The notes under the pieces are model-generated. The model ran no database searches, was not told the origin of the DNA, and was given only the letters and a program-made list of their open reading frames with translations. The position numbers and the translations under genes were made by a program. Positions 33,473 through 54,602 of a stretch of 64,000 nucleotides of DNA are shown piece by piece. Positions within the stretch are counted from its first letter, which is position 1, and each line of letters opens with the position of its first letter. Source of the DNA: Chrysomallon squamiferum (lineage: Eukaryota > Animalia > Mollusca); the NCBI GenBank assembly GCA_012295275.1, contig CM022672.1:17608001-17672000 (forward strand), given 5' to 3'.

Positions 33473-34651
33473 CTGCAGAAAGATAAAATCACAGTATTTA
33501 AAAAATAATGTTATTATCAAAACAATTTAAAAACTGAAATAATATATTAAGAAAAAAAAAAAGAAGAAGAAAAAAATAACAATGCAGACTTCTAAAACCA
33601 TTTGGAATACAAGAGAAATTAATTTAGAGATAAATATACCCTCTGCTGTGAACTTAATGACAATGTAAACATCTGCAAAATTAAATTAGAGGTATATTAT
33701 TATCTTCTCCTTTATCTATGAGTAAAACTGAAATCCTCAAACTTGAATAAAGGTACCTTTGGCAGTTAGTATAAACAGTAAATTTATTCCACTGTAAATA
33801 AACAGGCATAATTAGATTAGACACTATCATGGATACATTTCACAAAGTTATTGTAGTATTGTAGTAGATTCTATAAAAAAAAAAAAAAAAAAAAAAATTC
33901 TCAATCATATTACTAACCTAATAGTTTTAAAAATAATTTAATTTTGAACCTGGAAAAAAAAATACACACACACACACACACACACATGCCAGTTAAATCA
34001 TACATTCAAAACAGACTGACTGAAAAAAATACACACACACACACACATACAAAAACTGCCAGTTAAATCATACATTCAAAACAGACTGACTGAATTTAAT
34101 CCCATTTACATTTTTTAACTGCTTTTCCATTCTGTCATTTTTCTCTCTATCATAAGTGACAAGAAAACAATGAATTTTCCACTTACCGAATCTCCTGTCT
34201 TCGCAGATACAAAATGACTTGACATTCCATGTTCCTGAGCAAATTTCTGATGCTTGTCCAGCTTCACTGTCCTCATATGTTCAAGGTCAACTAAAAGATA
34301 AATACAGTTTTAAATTAGTGTAATCGAGATGGTATGAACAGTTAAAGATATTGATAAAATAACAAGAACAGAAGGGATGCATGGAGATTTGTGTTTCTCC
34401 TAGTTACACAATGCTGTTTCTTACCTTATTTGATTTTCTTTCATTTATTGTTAATAGATGTAAAACTGCAACTTACTTTTGTTCCCTATCAAAGCCATAT
34501 GTGGTGGCTTGTTTTCTTTATTTGCGACTTTCTTAACCGCATTGTACCAGTCCTCAAGATTCTCAAAACTAGCATAGTTTGTTATGTCATAAACGAGCAG
34601 AACCCCCTGAAATATCAATACATTAGTTGAAATAAATAATATCTATGTATA

Positions 34652-34703
<52 letters not shown>

Positions 34704-37188
34704 TTTTACACATTTATACAAAGACACACACATACACTCACACAATTTATTTTCTTTTGGGTTTATTGTATCCTAATTTTTGGTGCTGTTGTTGCCATTA
34801 AAATACAAAATGTTCTGTATCAGCATGGAATTAAAAAAATGAAAAATTAATAACAACATAACAGTAAAAAGTTAAAAAATGTTTATACTAAATAATAAGA
34901 AAAATTATACAAATAAATATCATTAACGTTCCAGATCAAAAAGAATAAACAATTAAAATGAAAACATAGAAACAAAACCTGAAATATTGTTATTAAAAAG
35001 ACAGAACAGTAATTTCTTATATTTTGTTAAATGTTGTTAAATGAACTCAACTTACATGGCAGCCATAAATATAATTATCTAACATTTTTCCTCCTAAAGT
35101 CTGGCCTCCAATGTCCCACACTTGTAATGCAGCATGCACATTACCTGTATTTGAAAAAATAGTAATAACAGAAAAAATAAAATAAAACAGCATGTTAATT
35201 TCTAACAAAGTAATCAGTAATAACCAATACTAAAGTATTAATGTAAAATGCAAAGTGATTCAAACACCAAAGTAATAGAAAAAATAAAAGTAAAATACAC
35301 TAATCAGTGACTAATGTGTGTTTTTTTTGTTCTAAAACTAATAGCCAAAGTATTCAGTGTAAGTTTAACATACGATTCAAACAAATAAATAACAGCATAC
35401 ACACTAACAGTATTTTGAGAGCTGATTTAAAAACATTACTGCTTTTATTTCCCCTACAAATATTTGGCTTTTAATACAAATTCTATAATTCTAATATTAA
35501 TAGCAGTTTAAAACATATAATGGTACTCTATCATTGCAACAACACAGTATTTTCGTAGCTGTACATTTTCTGTCAACTTTAAATCTTTTCAAGTAATAGT
35601 TTTCAACAACTTTACATTGGTAACAACCCTTGTCAGTGACTTCTAAAATACTCTTTAAGCAAGTAACCAAAATTCTTTGATATATTACAGTATGTAAAAC
35701 TGCTAACAGAACTATTAACTATATAATTTTCAACAAAAGTTTAAGTAAAGAACTCAAGTTTTTAGACTGTGAGTCTGTGACAAAAGAAACTTCTTGACAG
35801 TTTATACAGACCAGCAAGTTAAATCTTTTCCATTTGTTGTGAAAGGAAAACATTATTATTTTTGCAAAACACATACCGGGTAATATAACTCGTTTGAGGT
35901 AGAAATCTAAACCCACTGTCTGTCCATATTGCTGGTTAAACTGCTCCTGGGAATACCTTGTTGCCAGAGACGTCTAAAAAAATGTGTAAATAATTTGAAA
36001 AAAATAATAACAACAACAACAACAAAAAATATAAACCATAAGTCTTTTTATATTTATTCTTATTATTTACAGAAAAAATGTGTTTATCCATGTGTGTGTG
36101 TGTGTGTGTGTGTGTGTCTGTCTTTACATATATATACATAAACACATAAAAACAAGACCATACTAAATCTAAACATCAAATATCACTTAAGTACAGGCAG
36201 ACTATAAAACACTCATCTTACAGTTTATTGTCAAGCATAATTTCAAACTATTGATAACAGCAGAGTGTTGACTGTGATTCTGTTTGCTCTTATCAAATGA
36301 AATATAGTTACCTGACAGTCATAAAGATAAAATAAATCACAAATACAATGACAAAGTAAATTCTAAACAGGTTTTGCCTGTAGCAAAGTGAAGGTATTCC
36401 ACTGCATCTACTGTTCTATAAATTACAGTAACTTATTTTATATAGAAAGTTGAATATTTCTTCCTTTATCCATTTTTGTTTTGTCCATAGAAAGATTCAC
36501 AAAAATCCTAAAAAATATGACAATGATTTACTTGTGGTGTACTGTTTTGTTGGATTTTGTTTGAGGCAATAAGTAATAAGTGTTGTGACTGCCCATTTTG
36601 GGTCTTAAAATATTTGAAATATTTGTTTTCAGCTAGTCTATGAATTGGCAGAAAAACATTATTTATTAATTCATAAATTATGTATTGTAATATCATAATA
36701 AAATCATATGCTTTTTATGATGAACTAGCTATTACTGTGTAATTTCAATGTACTGTTAACCTTTTAAATTAAATGTTAAGCCCACAACAGTACAAGGATG
36801 TATAATCACATTAATTACGGTTTAAAGAAAAACAAGCCAAACACAAAACCACAATTAAATGTTATATTGATTTCCATTTAACTACATATATTACACCATA
36901 AGCTAGTTACACAATTTTGTTTAGTCAGTTCTCACTGAGTCACTGTTTTAAATTTAACTTTTATGTGTCTAGACTCTACTACTAGTCTTTTGCAGTATTG
37001 TTAGAACAGATTTTAAAACACAAAAAACTAATTATAAGCCTTATTACAGTGTTTTTGATACATATTTCATTTTTTTAAATTAAACTATTAAAACAAGACA
37101 ACAGTAATGAAACCTTTCCAGAAGCACCATCTCCCATGAGAACTATTTTCAGCTGCTTTTCTGGAGATTCATCCTCCGAATCCGACAT
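33296..37188 (-). CDS. RAB28: Ras-related protein Rab-28, complete, 6 exons, 223 aa
   Basis: Complement join 37114-37188,35877-35973,35056-35144,34477-34606,34187-34290,33296-33472. Motifs [73 protein letters not shown], and C-terminal CSIQ CaaX. Confidence 0.97.
33954..34094. repeat. Two-copy tandem duplication (about 70 bp) in RAB28 intron 5
   Basis: AAAAATACACAC..TGCCAGTTAAATCATACATTCAAAACAGACTGACTGAA occurs twice. Confidence 0.88.
34187..34290 (-). CDS. RAB28: RAB28 exon 5
   Basis: [19 protein letters not shown]. Confidence 0.95.
34477..34606 (-). CDS. RAB28: RAB28 exon 4
   Basis: [26 protein letters not shown]. Confidence 0.95.
35056..35144 (-). CDS. RAB28: RAB28 exon 3
   Basis: [24 protein letters not shown]. 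Confidence 0.95.
35877..35973 (-). CDS. RAB28: RAB28 exon 2
   Basis: [32 protein letters not shown]. Confidence 0.95.
37114..37188 (-). CDS. RAB28: RAB28 exon 1
   Basis: ATG at 37188; P-loop GDGASGK. Confidence 0.95.
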
Positions 37189-37349
37189 TTCTGTCTGTTT
37201 TACACGTTAAACTGTCAAATTTTAAATTTTAAACAAAACAGACTGTCAGAAGGTGCGATACTTCCATTATTATTTATATATTATTGTCAATAAATACCGA
37301 CATGATGATCTTTAATTATAATGAATTCGATTGAGCAAAATATTTTCTT

Positions 37350-37460
37350 TTGCCGTGGGTTACCATCAAGCACTTCCGTTATAGAAATCGATACTTACCG
37401 TAAAATGCCGAAAAGATAAGGGAGACAATTTCAAATAATCCGGATTCTCGGTATGATTAC
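37350..37460 (-). promoter_or_regulatory. Probable RAB28 promoter / 5' UTR region
   Basis: Local CpG enrichment, ETS-like ACTTCCG (37372-37378), DRE-like AATCGATA, and a minus-strand GTAAGT donor at 37393-37398 that may open a 5' UTR intron. Confidence 0.45.
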
Positions 37461-37578
37461 GTTATCAGTTAGCTTCTAGTTTATTAGGAAGCATAATAGC
37501 TTTTGCCTTTAATAGGCCTTCATTTTTTGTTTTTCTCCTTGTTTCGTTTGTTAATAGGATAGTTTACTTCATTAATTT

Positions 37579-37638
<60 letters not shown>

Positions 37639-38090
37639 TTAAATTTATATCCGTATTAAATTATGAATATCGGTATCTTAATTTAATTCCGTAGCGTCTT
37701 ATACAAAGTAAAATTTTGATTTATTTATTTATTTGTTATTGGTCTGTTCCTTTAGTAGCATAATTATGCATTACAGTATAGCTGTATCACAGGCAGGTTA
37801 TCGCTTGATCAGTGTAATTTTATTTAAGGAAGGATCTATACGCTGATTAATTTGTTGCTGAATTCTAACACTAAAACCTGCAGTCAATCATCCAGATATG
37901 TACACAAGAACTGGAAGCAATGTTTACCATCAATGAAATAATTACCTTTTAGAATTATAACTTCTATAGAAAGTAACGAAATTTATGTGTTTTTTAACTG
38001 ACTGAATGCATGTTAAAATGGTACAACTACATAAAACTAATGAGAATTAATACCAGATGGGGATTTTCCCCCCACTTCTCAGTATTCATA

Positions 38091-38123
<33 letters not shown>

Positions 38124-38719
38124 TAAAAACAGAGTACAGACCAATTAATAAAGAATTTTATTTGCACACCAATCGGATCAAAAATTTCAGAGGGTTCACC
38201 ATTATTGTGATAGAATTTATTAAATTGAAATTTGTTTGTAATCACAGTACATTACTCTTAACCTTAGTATGTACTATGGTTTAATTCATTCATTCATTCT
38301 GTTTATTTATTTTTAAGTCACAAACTGTGTTAGACAATCAAATATTGACATATTCAAAATTTAAATACTAGATACACAGCAGCAGTTTTTCTTCATAGAT
38401 AAATTCCAGTTATGCTAATTTTATAGAAAAATATAGAGAGTAAATATACGTTGTATTTAACAAATATGCTGTGTAGTAATGGTGTAAATAATATGCAAAA
38501 AAACTAAAATATAAACACATCATCAGCTATAATGATATAAAATAAGGTAAACAATGGTTAATATAAATTGTTTTCGGTTCTCTCTCTTTCTCTCCCTCTG
38601 AATAAACGAACCATAATTGCAACTGGGTAATACCGGGATGCATTAAGATTATGCGTTTAATTATCTTTATCATAACCTATGTGAACGTTACCGGTTACAA
38701 AAGTGTTCAAATACAAGCA

Positions 38720-45259
<6,540 letters not shown>

Positions 45260-45449
45260 GATGTGACTGTTGTATCTGCAGTTGTTGTTGTCAAAGATGA
45301 AAAGTCATTTAGTCTGTCAATAATAAAATTATAATTGATTTGAAATACGCCGTGGGTTACCCAGTGTTATCCGATCATCCACTTTAAATAAATATTTAAA
45401 AAAAAAAAATAATAATAATAAATAAATAAATTTAAAAAAATAAAATAAA

Positions 45450-45641
<192 letters not shown>

Positions 45642-45903
45642 CAGGCAAAATGGTGCTGTAGGAGACAGATGGACAGGAAAGTATGTAGGAAGGTTTAAGT
45701 TAACAAGTAGGTACAATATCTCAAAAATTAAATCAGAGTTTGTTTTTAATTTACATTCTGCGTGACTAAAATGAGTTCGCACTTGTAATTACTTCCTGTA
45801 ATTTATAATGTTATGGAAATGATGACAATATATATTCCACCTAAAGATTTTAACAACTAAATAGATAAATAGACAGAAACACAGACAGAAATCAGTAGGC
45901 AGG

Positions 45904-46005
<102 letters not shown>

Positions 46006-48018
46006 ATAAATGGATGGATGGATGGATGGATGAGGTAGGTAAATGGTAAATACAACTATACACACACACACACACACACACGCTTACATCCAATATAAGG
46101 TGAAATTAATTTTTACATTTTAAATAAAAATGTGATCCACAAACCTTTTTCACAACACTCGTTACACCAGCGATGTTCAGTGACGTAACTTGATCGTAAA
46201 GTCGGCACTGACACAATGGAACCATTTGGACCTAAGAAACTCACAGCTTATTGAATACGTTTGCAATGAAATTCGCACAAATCTTGTGAAATGGCAAATC
46301 TTTTCCGGCAGACACGTTTTCTCGGTTACAAACCAACCTAAATCAATGCCGTCAATTGTTGGTAATCCTCGGGCTTATCCGCTTTCTTAACGATAAATTA
46401 ATACAACTGACTTAAAAGTTTCATTTTTGTCTCAGGCGGTATTGGGTAAAAAAAAAAGAAAAGAAAACGAAAAGGCTTCGACATCGATGGTTTTTTTTCG
46501 TTCCCAAGTAAATTATGCCCAATAATTGTGATTTCATTGCGTTTGCTGACGTGTTTCTTTGCATTATGCACGTACAGAAGCAAGAAGGAATGAAACAAAT
46601 TGTCTAAGATATGGTAATGTAATTGATTTATGGCTGTATGAGTTTATTTTCCTCGAATCATTGTTGAACCCTTTTGGTTTGAATTTCAAAGACCTGTGTT
46701 TGTATGCGGTGAATTATGCCTTGTCCCTTACCCCCTCATTTGATTATTGTTGTTGTTGTCGTTTTTGTTGTTGCTGCTGCTGTTGCTCTTGATGATGATG
46801 ATGATTTTACAATTGTTTTCATTATTAAAATCATTTTATTGTTGCTATTATGATACAGACACACATTGTTAACAGATTCTTAATGTATTATACAGATAAG
46901 TAGATTGTTAACTTTATTTCTTTCATATATCACCCACACTGACACCCACACATACACACACACACACACACGCATCTATAGGATGTTGTTATACATTAGT
47001 ATCACATTATTCGTACTTTGTAGGTGAAACTGACAAAAAAAAAAAAAAAAAAAAAAATCTTATTTACTCAGTTATTTTGCTGACTTGAAAATTAAAAATA
47101 ATGAACAGTTGATATATTGATTTTTGACTTTGTTTTTTTTCATTCTCTCTTCAACATCGATGAATAGCTGAAGTAGTCCTTAATCGAAACTTCAGAATTT
47201 TTTATCTTTAAAAAAAACACGATACACAAAGAGAATGAGAAGAATGTTGTTAAGAACAAAATCAATAACGTCAATAACAAAAACATTTCTTTCACAAAAT
47301 AAGCTAATCATGAGTCGTTTTCTGACTAAATGTAGATGACTGATACATTTGTGAGAACGTGGGCATGCATATATCTGTGAAAACCAGACATATTCAGAAA
47401 TATTCAAGTGATTTCACGATTTGCTTTTGACCACCAGTCATTAAATGTAATGCCGAAAATGATTGCTTTCTGTTATACAAAATACCTGAATGTGATGAAG
47501 CAGTCTGTGTAATATGCTTGTTGACAACGTTTGTGTGGTAATTTTCTATATTTTAGCATCATTTGCATTTTATTCTTTTATTTTTTCTCACAATCTGAAC
47601 AGTAGAGACAAGCTCAGTGAATTATTATTATTAAAGATTGTTGTTGACTGTGTTACGTTGCACACTGACTGAATAGAAATATTAGATACCTCTTGGAAGC
47701 TGCATACGTTTTTAATGATCATAGGTTTGTTATATTCTTAACTTACCGTTAAAAACAATGAAATATGCGCCACTGGCATTGTGCTCAATGACAACATATC
47801 ATAGACAATTTCTAAACAACGCTGTGATGGTGTCATTTCGATAAGCTTCGAGCAAGGTTGGTAAAGACATGTCAGACGTAACTGTATAAATTCTGAAAGG
47901 TGCTAGTCCAGTTGCTGCAGATGCTTTAAACACCAACTGAAAGGTTCCAGCCGTTGTCTGTGTGTCTGGGGTTGTTTTTTTTTTAAATGTATTATTATTA
48001 TTTCTTTTATTTTGTGTT

Positions 48019-48064
<46 letters not shown>

Positions 48065-48315
48065 TTTGTTTTTTTTGTCTGATGTTTTTATAATTGCTGT
48101 GTACATGCGAGTAGTATCATGCGGGTGAATATATATATTTATGTATGTTTTGGTATGTTTATTTACTTGTGTTTGTCTTAGTGTGTACATATATATTTCT
48201 GTACATATGTAAATGAATGTATTTGTGTATTTGTCTGTTAATGTATATGTGTGTGTGTATGTACACTTACGATCTATGTGTCTGTGTACGTTGTGTGTAT
48301 ATCTATAGCTATATG

Positions 48316-48357
<42 letters not shown>

Positions 48358-51300
48358 GTTTCTATACACATGTATATGTATATGTCTATTTAATTAAATA
48401 TATAAATATACAAAATATTATGTGCGTATTCTATCTACCCGTTTTTTCATTTAGGTGCCTATATTTAAAGTCATGTTTCTGGGTTTTTATAATATGTTTA
48501 TGAGTTTATGGTACATGTCTATAAATACAAATCTATAATACAGATATATTGTTGAAGCAATGATACGTCTGGGTTTTTTTTTTTTTTTTAACTAGTTCTA
48601 GTATTCAGTGTAGTCTTCTTGGTAAACATTTGATAAATTCTAGAACTGTGGAAATTTGTTTCAGAACTTCAGATGCAGATCTTTAGACATCTCGGCGTCT
48701 GGTACACCGGTGGTCGTTGCTACAGTTGTCAAACAGATGACGTGGCACAGTGGATTAATTAGGAATATGTCACTGCTTTATATAATTTTTTTTTAAATTT
48801 TGGACTGCAGTCATCTTGTTTTTAAAATTATCTTATTTAAAAATTCATATTAAATTACCAAAATAGTCCAAATTAATGCTTATATATCAACGATTATTAT
48901 TAGCATCATTATCATCATTATTATTATATGAATTGTGTCTTTATTTATTTATTTATTTATTTATTTTTTGAAATCTATATATTATTTAGGGTAGGTAAAA
49001 TCAACAAAAATAGGTTTCAGAATCAAGGTGTGTGCGTTTGTATCAAATTATGTAACACAATCATTTGGATTGCCAAACTATTGGTTGATATAATTCAAAA
49101 TGTACAATCCCATGGCAACTGATTGTATAGATTCGCAACCTATTTTATACATTCCATCAATGATTATACTAATTTTAATTCTAGTAAAATTCGTTAGCCC
49201 AGCTGTCTGATCACTACACCACTATTCCCTATCTAGTAAAGTTTGAGTAAATATTTGAAAACGTTAGAGAAATCAACAAATAAAAAAGTGCTTTAGATGA
49301 GCTGCAAAAGAGTTCACATTAAGGCTTCATAAGAAATAATAACAATAAATAAATAAATAAATAAATAAATAAAGACTTTCTCTCTTTTGTGAAATAATGA
49401 TCTGTCCACAAAAAGAAGATTAACAACACAAGGAAATGGAAGAAGATGAAATAACAAATGCTGGATAAATTAACAGCAGATCTGGAAATGATGATGAATG
49501 ATCTTTACAAAGGTACTAAATTCTGACACCAGCTGCAGAAGCATACAAACATCATCATCTAAACTTTATGACAAATTCTTAATATTATGATCACAGAAAA
49601 CTTGAATGTATTAATACATGTCTTTATAATGTGACAACACTTAGAAATACTTAAAAGTTTGCCATCACCTGCCGCACCGAAGAAGACAAGCACAAACTCT
49701 TCCAGTGGGATTGGAGTACGTCACGTGTACCCGGGACACGGCTTCCTACTTGTCAGCTTGCAGTGGAGTGCTTTCTCGAACATTTCTTGTGTAAAAAGTG
49801 TGACTGATTGACAAAAGTACGTCAATTAAGGTGACGGAACACCAATTAGTAAGGGTGGGAAATAAAATTCCAGAAATGGAACAACTGGCGTGTCCAATTA
49901 AAATGTGTTCTAATCTCACCGCCAGAATCGTGAATAAACCAAACAACCAGTAATTTCCAGAATTAAAGTAGTCCTGTTGGTTTGACACATTAGGCTGGGG
50001 CCGGGTTTCTGATGAGATCACGTTAAATATCACTTGTTTATAGGCGGACTCCACCCCATCACGAAATAATGATAAACCAATATCTAGGCTTGGAAGATGT
50101 TTTCTTTAATTAAAAATCATTCCTGATATAATTATTATTATGAATAAAATTTACGGGCATTCGTCTTTCATGGAGAAACTGTGATTCACACCCTAAGTTC
50201 CTTCATTTGGCATTTAATATTATACATCAAAATGAAGTATTTTAAGCATGTTACTATCATTTAATTAATTAATTAATTGCGCTAATTATGTATCTTATGC
50301 CTTAATTACAGTAATTAAGACTGGTAAATTGTACAGGCCTTTACATTTTCAAGTATTTTGGAAACATTATTTTTCTTTTTTCGTTTCATTTTTTTTTTTT
50401 TTTTTTTTTTTTTTTTCTTTAATCAGTTAATTAATAGCGTTAATTTGCATTATGACTTCGTTATACAGATATTTTTTAAAAATTCATAAAAATCTAACTT
50501 GCTAAGAACTGTCTTCGTAATCAACATTTTTATCAGAAAGAAAATATTATCCTAAACTGGAATATTATGCCACATAATTACTAAATGAAACGAACTATCG
50601 AACATTTCAGATATCGACAACAAAAACAACAGCTATAGCCGCGTCATCTGCCGAGAACTCCCCACATTTTGGTATCCAGAATTAAATACCTGCAACCCAA
50701 ACTATTGATATGAAATTTGGCAGACTGTGAGTATGAGAGAAATGCATAAGTTGAAACGTATATATGATTTAAAGTCCCGAATACGTTCAGGTTAATCAAA
50801 CGACGATCAAAGATCACATTTCACGAAACAAACACAACGATGAAGATGAATATGAAAACTATATCATGATATTTGTTGTTTTTGAAAATATGTAAAAAAA
50901 ATAACGACGAAAAAGAAACGTGAATGAGGGAACCCCGTTCAAGATATTTAAAAACGCATCACAAAAATCGAGTGAAGCTCCCCTGTGGCGGAAAACAGAC
51001 GCTTTTTTGTCACGTGCCTTATTTGTCACCGTTTACAGGAAGCCTGTCGTTTTTTGTTGGTGTTTATTATTATTATTATTATTGTAGTGTTTCTAGAACT
51101 AGTCTAAAATAATAATTATTTCTTTAAGAAGTCGCCCAAAATAAGAGCAAGCAGATGGCTGCATATACCTATCAAATTCGAATGCAGGACAATTGTTCAC
51201 CGGACAATACCACGCAGGACAGTATTTCGCCAACACTTTCTGACAAGTAAAGTCAGAAGTAAGGCAGTTGCTTGCCTTTAGGTTTTTATTAATAAAAATT

Positions 51301-51681
51301 TATTTATTATTTTATTAATAAAAAAATAACAGATTTGTTGTTGTTGGTAAAAAACAACAACATAAAACATAGAGTTTCTAAAGGCACGACTTCAAAGTTG
51401 TTAATTTCACAATTCACTTAAATAAAGTTTTTTTCGGGTTCCTATAACTTTGATTAAGTTGGCAGTTAGTTCTGACTGATTATGAACATCAAAGGCATAT
51501 AACATGTTTTCGGTATCGGTGTTAAATACTAATGACAATATAATTTTAGGATAACTAGTGTTTTTTTAAGTTGATCAAACTTTTTGGATTAATTGTTATT
51601 TTTAGTAATTAGTTACTTTGTATCACTATTATGCAAAACTTAATCCTTTGACCATCAAAGCTTTAAAAAAAACATAATAAC

Positions 51682-51714
<33 letters not shown>

Positions 51715-52404
51715 TTTAAAATATAGCTGATTTAGTATTAATTTCGTTCTTGTTTATTTATCAGAGATTCCCCCGCCATATAACCATTTACACATGTACC
51801 ATAACCTAAAATAAAATTTTATCGATCTAAAATAAATAAATAAATAAATAAATAATCAGTAATGGTGATAAGAAGTTGTCCTATTTCTCACTTTATTGGT
51901 AAGTATTTGTCCGTACACCGACGAACTGATAAAATTTAAAAATAAAAATAGCTCTTTTGCGTCAGAACCTGACTTGTTTCCCATGATCGTTAGTTTCCGG
52001 ATCCAAATATCATTCTTCGGATGCACTGCAGCCGATGAAAAATGTATGAATGTTAACCAAGCGACAAAATCATCACAAACTGGAAATGAATTGATTTATG
52101 TGATTTTCGCATTTCAGATGTTTAGCGGAAAAAGGTAAACATTTTCATACGAACACAAAATTCAGTATGACCATTACGGTCGTATTATATCCGGGCCTTA
52201 CGCCGCTGATGCCATTGGTAATTACTAATGCTCATGGAGGTCTGGTTTTATACGATGTAACTATATCATTACAAATGAACGAGCAAGCTTTCTGTGTAGA
52301 TCTGTCATGTGATTTAAACAATATTTGGTTTGTAGAAATGGTTTGTAGTGATCAAAACCCAACATCAGGTTAAAATCTCTTTTTTTTCTCTCATAAATAC
52401 AAAA

Positions 52405-52485
52405 TACCGTATATACTTGTGTATAAGTCGAATTTTTGGGAGACTATATTAAGGTAATATTTTGGGGGTCGACTTATACATAGGT
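52405..52485 (+). mobile_element. Tc2/pogo-type DNA transposon left end
   Basis: TA + CCGTATATACTTGTGTATAAGTCGA terminus with a subterminal inverted copy GGGGGTCGACTTATAC (52464-52479); no right end seen. Confidence 0.65.
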
Positions 52486-54602
52486 AATGCTTTTGTAGCT
52501 GTTGCTGAAGAGCCGCCGTTTTGACTATTTTTGGCTACGGGATGCATCTAAAATAATCGCGGTCTTTCAGCTTTTCAAAAATATAATTTTATCGTATAAA
52601 AAAATTTGAAAAATTAAATAACAAAACCAAATATGAATGTAAAACATGATATTCTTCCGTTTAACGACCTGTCAGAAAGCGTGCCCATCATAGATGTGCT
52701 TCACAACAGCTTGCTCTGATTAGCACATTAATTTTTTTCACTTCACTTCACCAAGATATAACATTAATTTCATGACTCCAAACATTAATTTTCTTGCAGG
52801 CTCTATTCCAGCTCATCTCTGCTCTTCATTGTTCATTAAGGTTAATCTCGTTAATTGCCCCCTCTGTTCTTCACGCATCTCGTTATCCCCATGTGTCTAA
52901 ACTGGCCTTAATTGCTCATGCCAATTTTCCCATTTCTGGAAGCAAGATTAGAACACCTCACCACTTACCTAAACAGGAGACTTTTTGGGGAACATACCAG
53001 CTGAAGCATGCAGGTTTATCTAACTGACATCCAATTGATATTTTTTATTTGGAATTTTAACACTGATGACAAATGAGATAGTTAATATCAAAGTCAAACT
53101 GGTACATTGTAACCAGTAAAACATAGCTACAACTTGTGAAATATTGTTACCTTTTAAAGCTTTTCTTAGTACAATTAATGGTAATATTAATTAATACACT
53201 GATAACAATATGTTGCATTGGTTAACATCTTTTTTTTAGTTTTTAACACCCACATTAAAAAGTATAAATATACAACACAGTGGTGTTACTTCAACATATT
53301 TAACCATTCCAGCACCAGATTAACTCATCACATAATATTTTTCTAAGTTTGGTTTGCCAGTTCTGTTATGTTAAGTAATACAGCTACATCTTAATGATAT
53401 TCACTTATATTTTTATTATCTTTTATAAACAAAATAAATAAAAAATATTTTTATTAAATCATTTCACTAAAGCAAATGCTGCCAAAAATGTTATCAATTG
53501 AGCCCTGCTTGCAGCTTAACATTTTCTTAAGCTGATCTAATAACATTTTTATATCATATCAACATCTTACATGCAGCAAAGCAGTTTAAATTTTGTCCAT
53601 CATTAATCTCACACCAAATGATTGCTGTAGCAGGCTTAGCAGTTACCATTATTAATTATACCTCAGTGTAATTTGATAAATGTTATATTGAATTTGAGGT
53701 GATAAATAAAAATAAAATCCATGTCATGATAAAATAACAACTGTTTTCATATTTAAAGATATACAGATAGATACATATGAAAACATTTTCATGTTTTATG
53801 ACTTTGCAATTTTTTCATTGTTTATCAACTAATAAACTGAATTTAGTTTTCCCTTGTGTTTTTTTAGTGCCTTATCACTATGGATTTTGAAGTGTCGTGA
53901 AGTTTAAAATAATGTGTTGAATCATGACACAGTCCAACTGAGAAGCATGACATTTCCAGGTTTGTTTAGTTTCTGTACACTGATGTAGAAAATTACAAGA
54001 TGTGCTGTGATACCAAGTATAACTATTAAATTTATGTCATGACAGCGTCAATAATAATAATTTAAAAAAAGTTATTGTAGCTTTAAAAATAGAATATATT
54101 TAAAAGACATGCCTAGATATGAAATGTACAAACTGAATGTCCATGAATAGTATTTACACAGGTTCAATCTTTCTTTTCCATTTCTTGTTTTTATTTATTT
54201 ATTAATGTAACTGTGTTTGGAAAATACTCTGCTGCAGCTTCCATGTTAGCATATATGTTAAACAAATATCATGTAATTCTTTTATTATATATATTAGTTT
54301 GTGCTATTTTAGTTTTTATTATTTAACATTTTTATATTTATATACTTTTAAATCAAATGTGTACAATAAAAGTACTCGATTTGAACACTATTCTCCTTGC
54401 TGAAATAAGACATTTTGAATGAAAGTATGGAATGGATTTATTGTTATGTTTGTTTTTAATTAATTAATTAATTTATTTTGTGTTTGTATGTGTGTATTTC
54501 CTTCATCATCATCATCATCATCATCATCATTATTATTATTATTATTTCTATACTAGAAAAGAAGATCTTTTTTCTTATCACCTGTATTTATTATAGTTAA
54601 AG

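Noticed and set aside
37359-37372. X-box in the RAB28 promoter (GTTACCATCAAGCA)
   Set aside because: Only one half-site matches the RFX consensus.
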